51,635 nucleotides of DNA from Octopus sinensis (GCF_006345805.1 NW_021833995.1:1-51635); one strand, 5' to 3'; shown: positions 1 through 12,806, counted from the stretch's first letter. The notes: a model not told the origin generated them from the sequence alone. A program made the numbers and translations.

Positions 1-340
1 GGTGGCTCTACCAAATAGAAATAGTTGCTAAGACTCACTTAGATCACACTCACAGTCTCATAAGTGTGATGTATCTGCTCTATATAATACTTAGTGACAC
101 CGCCCCAAAAATATGAGATAGACTCAACAGAACCTCAATAAATATCTATAACTGCTGCGCAGGTCCACTTAATTCTAAGCCTGTGAAACAATTTTATTCT
201 TTACCTTGTTTAAGATAGATTACCGTTTAATTGTCTGTTTTAAAAGAATTATGTTTAAGTTTTTCCTGAATATTCTAAACAAAGACTCAATTCAGTTAAA
301 GGTTGATAAAACTAGTAGCAATAATATATACATATACATA

Positions 341-358
341 CATATTATAGTATTATAT

Positions 359-428
<70 letters not shown>
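341..428. repeat. (TA)n microsatellite
   Basis: Direct reading; boundaries approximate. Confidence 0.95.
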
Positions 429-429
<1 letters not shown>

Positions 430-481
430 AAATATTGAATTTCTAAACTTTCGTGGAGACCTGTACGTTGGTGGGGCGATA

Positions 482-633
482 GAATGGTTGTATACTGTCA
501 ATCTAACAAGAACGTGACAGTAGGGGGTACACCACGTTGTATAGTCCTAGGAGGCGTTCGATGCTCTAGGGCTATACAACGGTGGTGTACCCCTACTGTT
601 ACAGTTTTGTTAGCTTGACAGTATACAACATTC
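482..633. mobile_element. Fold-back MITE (~70-bp imperfect inverted arms, TA-flanked)
   Basis: Left arm gaatggttgtatactgtcaatctaacaag...atagtcctag is the reverse complement, with a few mismatches, of ctagggctatacaac...gacagtatacaacattc. TA lies at 480-481 and 634-635. Confidence 0.7.
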
Positions 634-1099
634 TATATGATAGATATATCTATTATATATATATAAGATAACCGTTAGACTTAGTGTCACGTAAGCAGTT
701 AATGCATACCTGTGTTTCAAGCTTTCTACATTAGACTTCAAACAAACTCATTATGTCCATTATTCACACACTCTCACCCCCCACACACACACACATACGT
801 GCGCACACACACATAATGCTTTTCAAAAGATACACCGATCTAGATTAACGAGTTACCAAACTAGAGCCCAGGTGACACCATGAAATACCTTAAACCCGTT
901 GTGGTAAGGTAGAACATTATATAAAAATATGAATGTGTTAATGTACATGTGCATATATGTTTTTATTCGTACATGAGTAGTGGTTATTATATCACTGTAT
1001 ACATCGGTATATGAATGTGCATATGTATACAAGTTTGTATATGTATGTATAGATGTATGTTTAGTGTCTCCTTCAACACCTGTTCATATAACTTTGAGA

Positions 1100-1560
1100 G
1101 TTTAGGCTAGTATAGGCCCAGGCTATGTCTAACTTAATATCACCACCCGGTGAAGTGTTTTACTCATATATAGAGCACTTGGCCCACTCTAGCAAAGAGT
1201 TATTATTGTTGAAGACATATCCGGGTGTAGGATGGTGGTCCAAGATTTTTTGAAGAAGTTGTCCAGTGAACTTATGAATTTTATGGGATCCGTTTCCCCG
1301 TTGACGTATTTTGGTATGGTATTATAGAGAGTTAGACCGGTTGAGATAATGTAGTTGTGACATAATGTTGTTATGTGTCTGAGTTCGATTTTGTAGTAGG
1401 CGGTGTAGGCGGATAGCACGGGGGCCAAGTCTTGGGTGGATTCTAAAATTGATTGCCAACATCATTTGTGCAATATTGATAGAATATTTTCCACACACAC
1501 ACAATGATTGTAGCGCTCCTGGTGGAGTTGAGAGAGTATCGATGTTATCGTAAAACTTGT
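1100..1560 (-). mobile_element. Degenerate 3' end of a non-LTR retrotransposon (CR1/L2-like group, clade uncertain)
   Basis: Frameshifted minus-strand pieces read YSL..QERY, INFRIHPRLGPRAIR and HITTLCHNYIISTGLTLYNTIPK...FISSLDNFF, resembling the C-terminal region after RT in LINEs. Confidence 0.55.
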
Positions 1561-2547
1561 ACGAAACAGCTATTTGGGTACAAGTTCACTCTAAAACGAT
1601 TTCACCGGAAGTGACACCAGTAACACATTTTAAATGTCACTTGTATACAAACAGGTAAGCAAGGAAACCAATTTTAAATTATGTCAAAAAAACGGTGAAG
1701 AAGATACGTATTGGAAAAGTGGAACTATACGCACTTCAGTAGAGTTTGCAATAATGAATACAAAGAAGAGAAAGAAAATAAAAAAAGAAATAATAAGAAT
1801 TAAGTTTACAAATACCAAAGGAAAAACACCAAAGAGTTAAAATATACTTAAAATTCATCTTGGATGCTATACGAATAGGAAAAAAAAACGTATCTATCAA
1901 ATTGCGTGTAGGAACGTGTAATGTTTTTTACATATTTCTACATTACAGATGAATTCACACAAAAAATAAACTACGCGGATAATTAAATCATTATTTTAAG
2001 CATCGATCAATTATTGCTGAGCATACTTGTCGTAATAATGTAATTAATAACTCATAAAATGAAAACAACACCTGTAGCTCGGCAGCATAAACACAACAGA
2101 AATGGCAAATATCAAAACATTTTCTACTAGACGGCAGACGATACCTGGTTCAGCAAAATATATCTGCCGCCAGAATATTCAAATACAAAGCCATGGTTAT
2201 TTTAAGTGCATATGTGTTATTCACTAGAGATTTTATAACTCAAAATGTTGTTGCGTTAGTTAAATATTCAGAAGACCTCCAAAACACTCCCCGAAAAACA
2301 TTCACCACCACCTGAGTTTATCCTAGTGATCGATGTATGTATAACAAATCTGACACGCGGATGAAGCCCTACGTCCGAATGCGTAAAAGGATCCGTAAAT
2401 CGTGGCTGGGACTTCAGAGTTGCAAATAATAAAATATAGATTTATGACGGAAAGGTGGAAACACGCGATTTTTCATGACGGCTTCAACAGGGCGTTATTA
2501 ATTTCTTTCATATATATATATGAAAAGAGAAGACAACGTGTGTGAGA

Positions 2548-2621
<74 letters not shown>

Positions 2622-2636
2622 TTATCTATCTATTTT

Positions 2637-2735
<99 letters not shown>

Positions 2736-2737
2736 GT

Positions 2738-2828
<91 letters not shown>
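2548..2828. repeat. (TATC)n microsatellite
   Basis: Direct reading. Confidence 0.95.
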
Positions 2829-4337
2829 CAGATTTATCTGGTGTGTATGTATATATATATATATAAACTTACTTGGAGAAGAGAAAACAACGCGTGCGTT
2901 CGGTCATATAATAACAATATAATAAATAAAACATATGCATATATACATACATATATGTACATACATCTATATGTATATATACATTCATTTTTGAGTACAG
3001 GACACCACAAATAAACGTAGAACACAACGAGAAACGAAAACATAAAATCAAACTAGGAAACGGACTTTTTTAACAACGAAAAAACAGTGTATAGGACAAA
3101 CAATACAAGGAAAATTCCCCTTCATCAGCTGCCTCTGGTTGGATTCATGCGTGTTTCGAAGGTAAGGGCAGAACACGACTCGACCGAAGCAGTCCTTCCT
3201 GCAAAAGGAATTAAATAAAATTCAGGGTTTTTTATTTTTCCTTTGTCAACAATCGAGTAATTTAACTTCCAAATTCAGTTGCTTCTCTCCGGTGGTTCTA
3301 CAGTTTCAAATCCCCTTTTTTTTTTGTTGAGACCATTACTTCACTGACTTCGTTGTACATAAATATCATCAGGATGAATATTGTCACATTGTCTCATCTG
3401 TATGGAACATGGTAGATTTTACTGAATTTCACTGAAGGATCCGAAGATTTGTGGTTTCTTTTATATGAGTTTCTGTAGATATAACCTATAATATACAACT
3501 CCAAGTAGCAGCAATAGTTATCCTTATCACCACTATGGGAGCGAAGATTGTGCATTTCAGGTCAACGCACTTGCAAGGTAGTCCTAAAAGTTGACAGACG
3601 GGTAGAGGCAGACAAGTTGAAATTACGAGCATTTACTCAAAATACCAGCCTGTTTTTTTTATATATTTTTCTTTGGCAACCGATGTCTTATAATTGGATG
3701 CTCTGCCCATAATCCTGCCAATTAACAGGATCACCTAATATTCTTGTGTTACATAATTGGTTCATTTGGTTGTTAATCAAACAAAAAGTCAGCCCTTACA
3801 ACAATGGTATTTGCATTTGGATTTTTTTCATTGTACTAACGATGGCTTGTTCGATTATCGTAGAGATATCTACGGGTTTCAACAAGATTGCTTCCTAGAT
3901 TCGAACTTGCCTGAACCCGAATTTAACATTAGCCTAAATCAGGTAACCATTTGCCAATAGCTGTATCATCATCTAAAATCTGAATTTGAGATTTGCAAGC
4001 AGCAGAATATTAAGTCCAGATATGTCTATAATTTCAAAGACTATGTACATTAATTTAACTAAAAGTAAACAAAATGAGAGATAATTTAGCAAAATATATG
4101 TTCACACCAGAATATTGTGCTTTATGTACCTAAGTGCACATTTCCTATTGACAGAGGCACCATTAAACCTAATTAATAAAAAATACATTAACGTTGAGTA
4201 ACAATATATCATATATCTGCATATACAGGTGTATTTTAACATGCACAAACACACGCACATACTCACCTATATAGGCTTTTATTATGTGTATGCATTACAC
4301 ATAGATAACTATATACATATATACATAAGTACATACA

Positions 4338-4892
<555 letters not shown>

Positions 4893-5070
4893 ATTTCAAC
4901 AATTGAGGGTAAAATTAATTAATTATTAATCAATTTCACCAAGTATTCAGTATGTAAAGGGACCATTATAGGCGAATTCAAAATATTACATTATATAGCT
5001 GAAGAAATTTCTTTAGCTGCTATTTCTAATGAGTTCAGTATGTGGCAAGTAATTTATTTTACTAAGCCCT

Positions 5071-5143
<73 letters not shown>

Positions 5144-5968
5144 CATTATATATATATATCTGTCTGTCTCTCCTTCTATCTATCTATCTATTTATCTATC
5201 TATCAATCTATAGGTATAGATATATATGGGTATTTATGTGCATGTGTGTTTATGTGCGTGTATGGTATGGGTACATGTGTGTGTATGTGTGTGTGTGTGT
5301 GTGTGTATATTCATGTATAATGCATTCGGACTCGTATTTTTATGAATATCAATGTGTAAGTGGATTGTTGTATATGGTAATTATAATAATGAGTCTGCGT
5401 CGGTTGCGACGATAAAGACTCAGTTTTTCGATCAGATGAATTACCTGTTTATTAAATTAACGTGTGAGTGGTTGAGTATTCCAAACACATATGTCTATTT
5501 AATATAATTCGCGGCAGAATCAGTATCATACAATGTGTGACAAGTTTATACATTTTGCATGATATGAACTAGATTCCATGGGCTTCACTGCAGTTACCAT
5601 TCCACAGTTCCACATATAAGTATTACTGTGTCCCACATTACGTCACTTGGAATGTAAGGCGTTCAACATGTATGCAGTATATTTTAAGTATTTATGAAAT
5701 ACTCTTGATTTCACCACAGATTTGAGTTTTCCGTGATGCTTCACCTTTAACAAGTCTAATGACGGCTGTCCAATGACTGAAGCCGGTAAAATAACATACG
5801 CACATAGACATGCATACCCCCACCACACGTGTATCTATGTGGGTGGGGTGCAATAAAAATTATGCAGTAATAAGGCAGTAAAATAGTTGACGATCAACAA
5901 AGACACAAAGCAAATCAATGAATTTTGTGACAAAACAAATAACGGCATCCACGCCAACGAATATATTC

Positions 5969-6120
5969 TCTTCTATTCTAGGCACAAGGCCCGAAAATTT
6001 TGGGGGAGGGCACCAATCGACTAGATCAACCCCAGTACGAAACTGGTACTTAAATTATCGATCTCCGAAAGGTTTAAAGGCAAGGTCGACATCGGGGAAA
6101 TTTGAACTCAGAAAGTAGCG
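5969..6120 (-). mobile_element. 5'-truncated tRNA-derived SINE (family 1)
   Basis: Reverse complement matches the copies at 10758, 12474 and 24040 (ctgagttcaaat...gtcgac.ttgcc...cgataa...gtaccagtt...cttgtgcc). Confidence 0.7.
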
Positions 6121-6281
6121 ACCAGCTGGAAAATCTCACTGACATGGGACTCGTATATCGAGTTTCTCTAATGGTCACTTGCGTATATATATATACCTAC
6201 AACCACACACACTATATATATATATATATATATATATTATTTGTGTGTATATCTCTCTCGTTGTGTCTCTCTCTCTCCCTA

Positions 6282-6326
<45 letters not shown>

Positions 6327-6328
<2 letters not shown>

Positions 6329-6589
6329 GGAGATGTACTCGCATAGCAAGTGATTTGATATGAGATCGTGTGCTGGAACGAAAACAATTGCAGCGTGGAA
6401 GGTGTTTGTAAGCCATTTAAGAAAAACACACAAAAGCCGTTCGATTCACTTCAACATTTTGTCAGTGAACAGGTCGCGGATTTTAGCGACGAAAATATTT
6501 TGACAAATTAAACTTAAATGTTGAAGTGAATCGAACGGCTTTTGTGTGTTTCTTAAATGGCTTACAAACACCTTCCACGCTGCAATTGT
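6327..6589. mobile_element. Penelope-like pLTR-type repeat with partial inverted duplication, between (TA)n tracts
   Basis: 6384-6459 is the reverse complement of 6516-6589 apart from a 2-nt indel. The spacer carries an HHR-like motif. A second diverged copy lies at 31652-31796. PLE assignment is inference. Confidence 0.55.
6458..6507 (+). ncRNA. Hammerhead-like motif with G3:C8 core variant
   Basis: Stem I TTTGTCA/TGACAAA; core GTGAACA plus one extra G; stem II GTCGC/GCGAC; GAAA; palindromic stem III AATATT; triplet UUU. Confidence 0.5.
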
Positions 6590-6590
6590 A

Positions 6591-6628
<38 letters not shown>

Positions 6629-6634
6629 TATATA

Positions 6635-6696
<62 letters not shown>

Positions 6697-6705
6697 TGTG
6701 TGTGT

Positions 6706-6741
<36 letters not shown>

Positions 6742-7550
6742 CGTGCGCAGTCACACACACATATATATGTATTTAGAGAGACAGAGAGATAGATACAGAG
6801 AGAGAGGGAGGGAGAGATGGAGGGTGTACAGAAGATAAAATAGGAAGATGAGAAGTTAAATGCAAGTTTTCAGGGAATAACGGGTAAAAATAAAAGAAAA
6901 CAATAAGATATTGTTCATGAAAAAAATATTACTTTGCTTCGACATAGATTTGTTAGCGATAAATACATTTTGGATGCGTTGCCAATGCCGTTGATATTTG
7001 AATATATTTCAGGTCTCTTATCTTAATCATATTATCAATATGTCGACTGAAATATAGGAATGAATAAATACAATAAAAGTCTTTGATATACTTTAAGACA
7101 CTAATTTCTCGGCGGCGTATTTTCTGAGAAAATTTTCCCAGTTATGTACTTTTTCCTTTGTGATTAAATTTTCATACAATGATTATTTTGGAATGAGAAA
7201 TCAGATTGCCAGAACGGCTGACATGCTGGCCTCCGGTTTCCGTGAATATAACATTGGCTGAGTACAATACTATATTACTGATACTATATATATATGTATA
7301 TATATATATATATTATATACACACAACGACCTCGAACCCACAAGTGTAAAGAAGAGAGACCGAGAAAGGCAGAAACAAGGAAAATGCCACTTATATTTGA
7401 ACACTATACAAATATTCTTTCAAAAAAACTTTTCTTTTAATTTTTCTAAATTTAATTATTTAATCGTTACAGTTGAAAAGGTCTCAAAATGACTGAAACT
7501 GGTACTGAAATGTTCTTTATAAAATTACTTTAGCATTTTCTATCTTGACT

Positions 7551-7598
<48 letters not shown>

Positions 7599-7620
7599 AA
7601 GTCACAATACATGTATCAAA

Positions 7621-7673
7621 GTGCTACTAATAGTGTCATATGTTGAGAAAACTCCAACATATTCTTCAGGCGC
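7621..7673 (-). ncRNA. Degenerate type I hammerhead motif
   Basis: Minus strand GCGC-CTGAAGA-ATATGTTG(9 nt)CAACATAT-GACA-CTATTAG-TA-GCAC. Stem II is a perfect 8 bp; GAAA is changed to GACA; stem I has one mismatch. Confidence 0.5.
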
Positions 7674-8505
7674 AAACCATATATCATGCTTATCCACTGA
7701 ACCACAAAGGTGTAGCACAACATCTTCAGTAAAAGACACATTTTAACTCATTTTCATTTTTAACCGCCGCCATACAGGGCTGAATTTTTATTAGACGATT
7801 GATTAGGATCTCAAATTTCACTACATATACCTTTGTACTCTGATAATTTTCGGAAATTTGTATTGTTCCGGTTTGTCTACAAATGACACTTTATTACAAA
7901 GAGATATACGACCTTTATATTTTTTAAAACACAATGTTCTGTTCTGTCTTTCGTCCTCCTACTCTTCATCGAAGTGAACTCCAGGGAAATATCTGCTGAA
8001 ATAAATAATGTATCTAAATGTTGTAATGGTGATATAAAAAATATATATACGCTGTATAATCTTTCCTAGATCCTTGGAATCCGAGCGTAGGATGCTTCGA
8101 CATAACCACTACATTTATGTTTGTGAATAGACACAGATTTTAAGAAACATGGTATGTATTTTTTTCCAGTTTATATATTTGGGTGATATGGAAAAATGTG
8201 TAGTGTACGACGAAAGATGAAAGCGAACAAACCATTATTTTTAATGTGTCTTTCAGATATTTAATAGTCAGGAATTATCTCTCAGCAGACACCAAAAGTT
8301 CGAGGAGTAATAATGGTCCCTCACTTGATTTAAATTGCAAAACTTATATGTTAAAAATCCAGACATGTTTCCGAATAATTTTTTTCTAGTTTTCCTTTTA
8401 TAGAAATAATTACGACAGCATAAGTTAATTACGTTCACGCAAATTGAAGGAATCAGAGATAAGTAAAACTAGTTCTGCTGAGATACATATTTCACCTGGA
8501 TTGTA

Positions 8506-8712
8506 TACTCTTTTTACTCTCTCTTTTACTTGTTTCAGTCATTTGACTGCGGCCATGCTGGAGCACCGCCTTTTTAATCGAGCAACTCGACCCCCAGGAC
8601 TCTATTCTTTTCTAAGCCCAATACTTATTCTATCGGTCTCTTTTGCCGAACCGCTAAGTGACGGGGACGTAAACACACCAGCAATGCTAGGGGACAAACA
8701 CAGACACACAAT

Positions 8713-8770
<58 letters not shown>

Positions 8771-8937
8771 CATATATACGACAAGCTTCTTTCAGTTTCC
8801 GTTTACCAAATCCACTCACAAGGCATTGGTCGGCCCGGGGCTATAGCAGAAGACACTTGCACAAGATGCCACGCAGTGGGACTGAACCCAGAACCATGTG
8901 GTCGGTTAGCAAGCTACTTACCACACAGCCACTCCTG
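8506..8937 (-). mobile_element. tRNA-derived SINE (family 2) with internal (TA)n/(GT)n
   Basis: Minus strand starts caggagtggctgtgtggtaag...ggttctgggttcagtccc (A/B-box-like) and ends gactgaaacaagtaaaagagagtaaaaagagta. A related 3' half lies at 31940-32150. Confidence 0.8.
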
Positions 8938-9942
8938 TATGTTTGCATATTACAAGTAACTTCCCTGTTTCATGATCTGAACATAATACAACAGCAAAAC
9001 ATTCCTCAGTTTTTCTATCTAAAATTTCAATGTTTATTTGCAATGAAAATCGCTAAAAGGTTTGCGGGGTTAGACGTAACTGTTATAGACATTACCCAAG
9101 GTCCTGAACTCTTCTCATGTTGCCCGGCTTCCGTTCACGTTGTGCAGACAAATGAAAGCTTAGAAAAAAATATTAAAAAAAGGCAAGAGTAATCTTTTAA
9201 AGACAAAGTCTGACTAAGCTAAAATGATCTCTGGTGTGATTGGGTTAGGTGATCGATAAAGTAATTTTAAATACAAGTAAACACATCATCAAATCTAATT
9301 TAAATATATTGATTGAAAATATATCGATTAGAAAATACATTATTTATAGAAATTACATTAAACTGACATTCATTAAAACACATTTATTATATTCATTAAA
9401 TATGCACATTTTATTCGAATATATCACTTTTCATTTAGAACGATTAACATTTTTAAAGACCCGAATTTATTGAATATAAATAAATTTATTTGAATTTTAA
9501 TGATGAGCTGCTCTGACGAACTATAATAGAATTGTTTCATAAATTTACAATTTTGATCCATTTTCTTTTAAATGTAAGCAAACAGGAATCCTGAGATTTT
9601 TCGGAAGTGTACTTAGCAGAAAAGTTATTTGATCTGAGACTATGCTTTGAAACTAAAACGATTGGAAGTAACATATAAGCCATTGATAAACACAAAAAGA
9701 CTGTTGGCTTCACTTATACATTTAATCTTTGATGTTGGAATCCCACTGTAGAGGAATAAGGTCAGTGACCAGACCACAGTTGGTGTGACGAAAGATTTGA
9801 TACGAAATATTAAAGGTTTAAGTGAAGTTAACATAGCTGTGCGCGTTTGCGAAAAAATCTTGTGAGGTTCGTGACAAATGTTGTACGGAATTTGCATATA
9901 TACCCCAAATGTACTTACAAACTAAAGTCATAGCATCAGTGA

Positions 9943-10333
9943 TCTCTCTCTATATATAAACGGCAGTTTGTCTGTCTGCGTGTCTGTGTGTCTGTTAGGT
10001 TGTACCCTCACCCTAACCACGGCTTTCAACCGATTCTGATGAAACTTGACACACACATAGCCCAATGTCATAATTCAAAACTAACGCAGCGACAATTTTG
10101 AAAAGTACCCCCAGTTCTCAAAATAAAATCGATAAATTCGACATGGGGTCGAGAATCAGAAACACAAGTCACAGACTGTCTAGGGGACGCAACTCGACCT
10201 TTTTAAACTCTCAAAAAAAAAATTTACCATAATCTTTTTTCCATTTTTTTGCTATTTTTTGGCTATAACTCACTAAAAATGCTTTATAGTTATTTCCCTT
10301 ACAAACCCGAGCAACGCCGGGCGATACTGCTAG
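9943..10333 (+). mobile_element. Non-autonomous Helitron
   Basis: 5' TC after A(9942); GC-rich imperfect hairpin CCCGAGCAACGCCGGG at 10306-10321; 3' CTAG followed by T; no TSD. Confidence 0.8.
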
Positions 10334-10494
10334 TATACAATAAACGAAAACAGGTAGCTAACTACGGAGTCTCAGGTCTAACATTTCATTAGTCATCTCT
10401 GAACATCAAAGAAGAATATTAATCTAAATGTAGGGAATTTTCACATCCACCTCCACCCACGTATATGTTATTGTGACCGGGTCATAGAGGATTG

Positions 10495-10549
10495 TTACTG
10501 TTATTATTATCATTATTATAATTATAATACTTATTATTATCATTATTGC

Positions 10550-10586
<37 letters not shown>

Positions 10587-10700
10587 GGTGGTGGTGGTGG
10601 TGGTGGTGGTGGTAGTAGTAGTAGTGGTAGTAGTGGTAGTAGTGGTAGTAGTGGTAGTAGTGGTGGTAGTAGTAGTGGTAGTCGTGGTAGTAGTAGTAGT

Positions 10701-10757
<57 letters not shown>
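10495..10757. repeat. Compound (TAT)n/(TAG)n/(TGG)n microsatellite
   Basis: Direct reading. Confidence 0.9.
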
Positions 10758-10972
10758 AGGCGGCGATCTCGCAGAATCGTTAGCACGTCGGGCAAAATGC
10801 TTAGCGGCATCTCGTCTGTCTTTACAGTCTGAGTTCAAATCCCACTGTGCTCGACTTTGCCTTCTTTCCTTACGGGGTCGATAAAATAAGCACCAGTTGA
10901 ATATTGGGGCTTTTGTAATAGACTTAGCCCCTACCACGAAACTGCTGGGCTTGTGCCAAAATTTTGAAATCC
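10758..10972 (+). mobile_element. tRNA-derived SINE (family 1)
   Basis: aggcggcgatctcgcagaatcgttag...ctgagttcaaatccc...gtgccaaaattttgaaatcc followed by (ATT)n; homologous to the 12474 and 24040 copies. Confidence 0.8.
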
Positions 10973-11056
10973 TTATTATTATTATTATTATTTTTTTTAT
11001 TATTATCATTGTTATTATTATTATCCTCCTCCTCCTCCTCCTCATCATCATCATCA

Positions 11057-11098
<42 letters not shown>

Positions 11099-11120
11099 CA
11101 TTATTATTATTATTATTATT

Positions 11121-11373
11121 CTATGTTGACTTTTGCTTTATATTTGTACAAGTTGGCTCCAAGTCTCACCCAGAGACCTCAAGAGACAACAGGGTTGGAA
11201 GTTCATGTTGTGTTATGCCTAGTGTGCCATATATTTGGGGGGTGGGGATGTTGTACTAATGAATGTCTAAAAAAAAGTTTTTTTTTTTTTTTTTAAACCG
11301 AAAATTATGGTTGTTTTAAAACTTGAGGTTACATAGAGAGTATTTTGCGTAGGATATGAGCAGTTCCCATGAG
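11121..11373 (-). mobile_element. 3' end of R4/Dong-like RLE LINE (family C), heavily 5'-truncated
   Basis: Minus strand encodes LMGTAHILRKILSM* plus a 3' UTR homologous to 23544-23934; (AAT)n on both sides. Confidence 0.8.
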
Positions 11374-11425
11374 CTTATTATTATTATTATTATTATATTA
11401 TTATTATTATTATTTTATATTATTA

Positions 11426-11472
<47 letters not shown>

Positions 11473-11639
11473 TATTATTATTATCTTTATTATTATTATT
11501 ATTATTATTTCATTATTATTATTATTATATTATTATCATTATTATTATTATTATTATATTATTATATTATTATTATTGTTATTATTATTATTATTATTAT
11601 TATCATTATTAGTATTTCATTATTATTATATTATTATTA

Positions 11640-11674
<35 letters not shown>

Positions 11675-11916
11675 TATTATTATATCATTATTATTATATC
11701 ATTATTATTATTATCATTATTATTATTATCATTATTATTATTATCATTATATATTATTATTATTATTATTATTATCATTATTATTATTATTATTATTATT
11801 ACATTATTATTATTATTATTATTATCATTATTATTATTATTATTATCATCATTATCATCATCATCATCATTATTATTATTATTATTATATTATTATTATT
11901 ATCATTATTATTATTA

Positions 11917-11968
<52 letters not shown>

Positions 11969-12009
11969 CATTATTATTATTATTATTATCATCATTATCA
12001 TCATCATCA

Positions 12010-12041
<32 letters not shown>

Positions 12042-12063
12042 GTTATTATTATTATTATTATCA

Positions 12064-12103
<40 letters not shown>

Positions 12104-12107
12104 CATT
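11374..12107. repeat. ~730-bp interrupted (ATT)n microsatellite
   Basis: Direct reading. Confidence 0.95.
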
Positions 12108-12806
12108 CTTAATTTCCGATTGATTTGCATTTTATTTCATATTCCGACTGGTTCTCAACCAGACACACACGACACAAGTATGCAATTGATGGAGAGAAGC
12201 CTCCTGAGATCGCGGGCAGTTGATGTCAACACAGTATTTTGAGCCTCATAGCTTGATGGCTTCCCGGGTATCTGATAAAAAAAAATTGTCAGTACCTTTC
12301 TTGCTCATTCCCAGGGTGCCTACAGGAATACGGATGGTTTTGTTTTTTATTTGCCACGTCATGAATATCTGAATCTCAAGGTCCTTATATTTCGACAGCT
12401 TTTCAAATTCCTTTGCTGAGAGGTTTCTATCAATAGGCACAGTTACATCAATTAACAGGTATATTTTTTGTCGAGGTGGCGAGCTAGCAGAATCGTTAGC
12501 ACGTCGGGCGAAATGCTTAGCGGTATTTCGGCTGCCGTTACATTGTGAGTTCAAATTCCGCCGAGGTCGACTTTGCCTTTCATCCTTTCGGGGTCGATAA
12601 ATTAAGTACCAGTTAAGCACTGGGGTCGATATAATCGACTTAATACCTATGTATGTCCATGTTTGTCTCCTCTATGTTTAGCCCCTTGTGGGTAATAAAG
12701 AAATAGGTATATTTTTTGTCGTAGATCTCTGAAGACGATGCCGGGTCTATTTGCATTTATTTGCCTGTCTGTATGTATCTCATAATCCTATAGAATGGCA
12801 AAGTCT
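12108..12806 (-). mobile_element. Degenerate 3' fragment of R4/Dong-like RLE LINE (family D), interrupted by a SINE
   Basis: Minus strand reads IL*DYEIHTDRQINANRPGIVFRDLRQK | IYLLIDVTVPIDRNLSAKEFEKLSKYKDLEI (RLE domain) across the SINE. The 3' end runs into (AAT)n. Confidence 0.75.
12474..12704 (+). mobile_element. tRNA-derived SINE (family 1 variant tail) with 17-bp direct repeat
   Basis: AGGTATATTTTTTGTCG occurs at 12457-12473 and 12705-12721; head aggtggcgagctagcagaatcg...gagttcaaattcc. Confidence 0.85.

Noticed and set aside
875-920. HHR-like string with TACCTTA/TAAGGTA stem
   Set aside because: Both core halves are altered (CCATGA, GAAC) and stems I and III could not be formed; at most a relic.
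3110-3175. Minus-strand GAAAC...CTGATGA as a permuted hammerhead
   Set aside because: Stems I and III do not pair in this copy; probably a PLE-type repeat remnant, but not supportable as a ribozyme.
3757-3960. 67-aa ORF with a CAG|GTAACC donor-like site
   Set aside because: No convincing acceptor, partner exon or recognisable motif.
7600-8000. Minus-strand peptides suggesting a hAT transposase or terminal exon
   Set aside because: Interrupted by stops with only vague similarity; part of the region is better explained by the HHR relic at 7621-7673.
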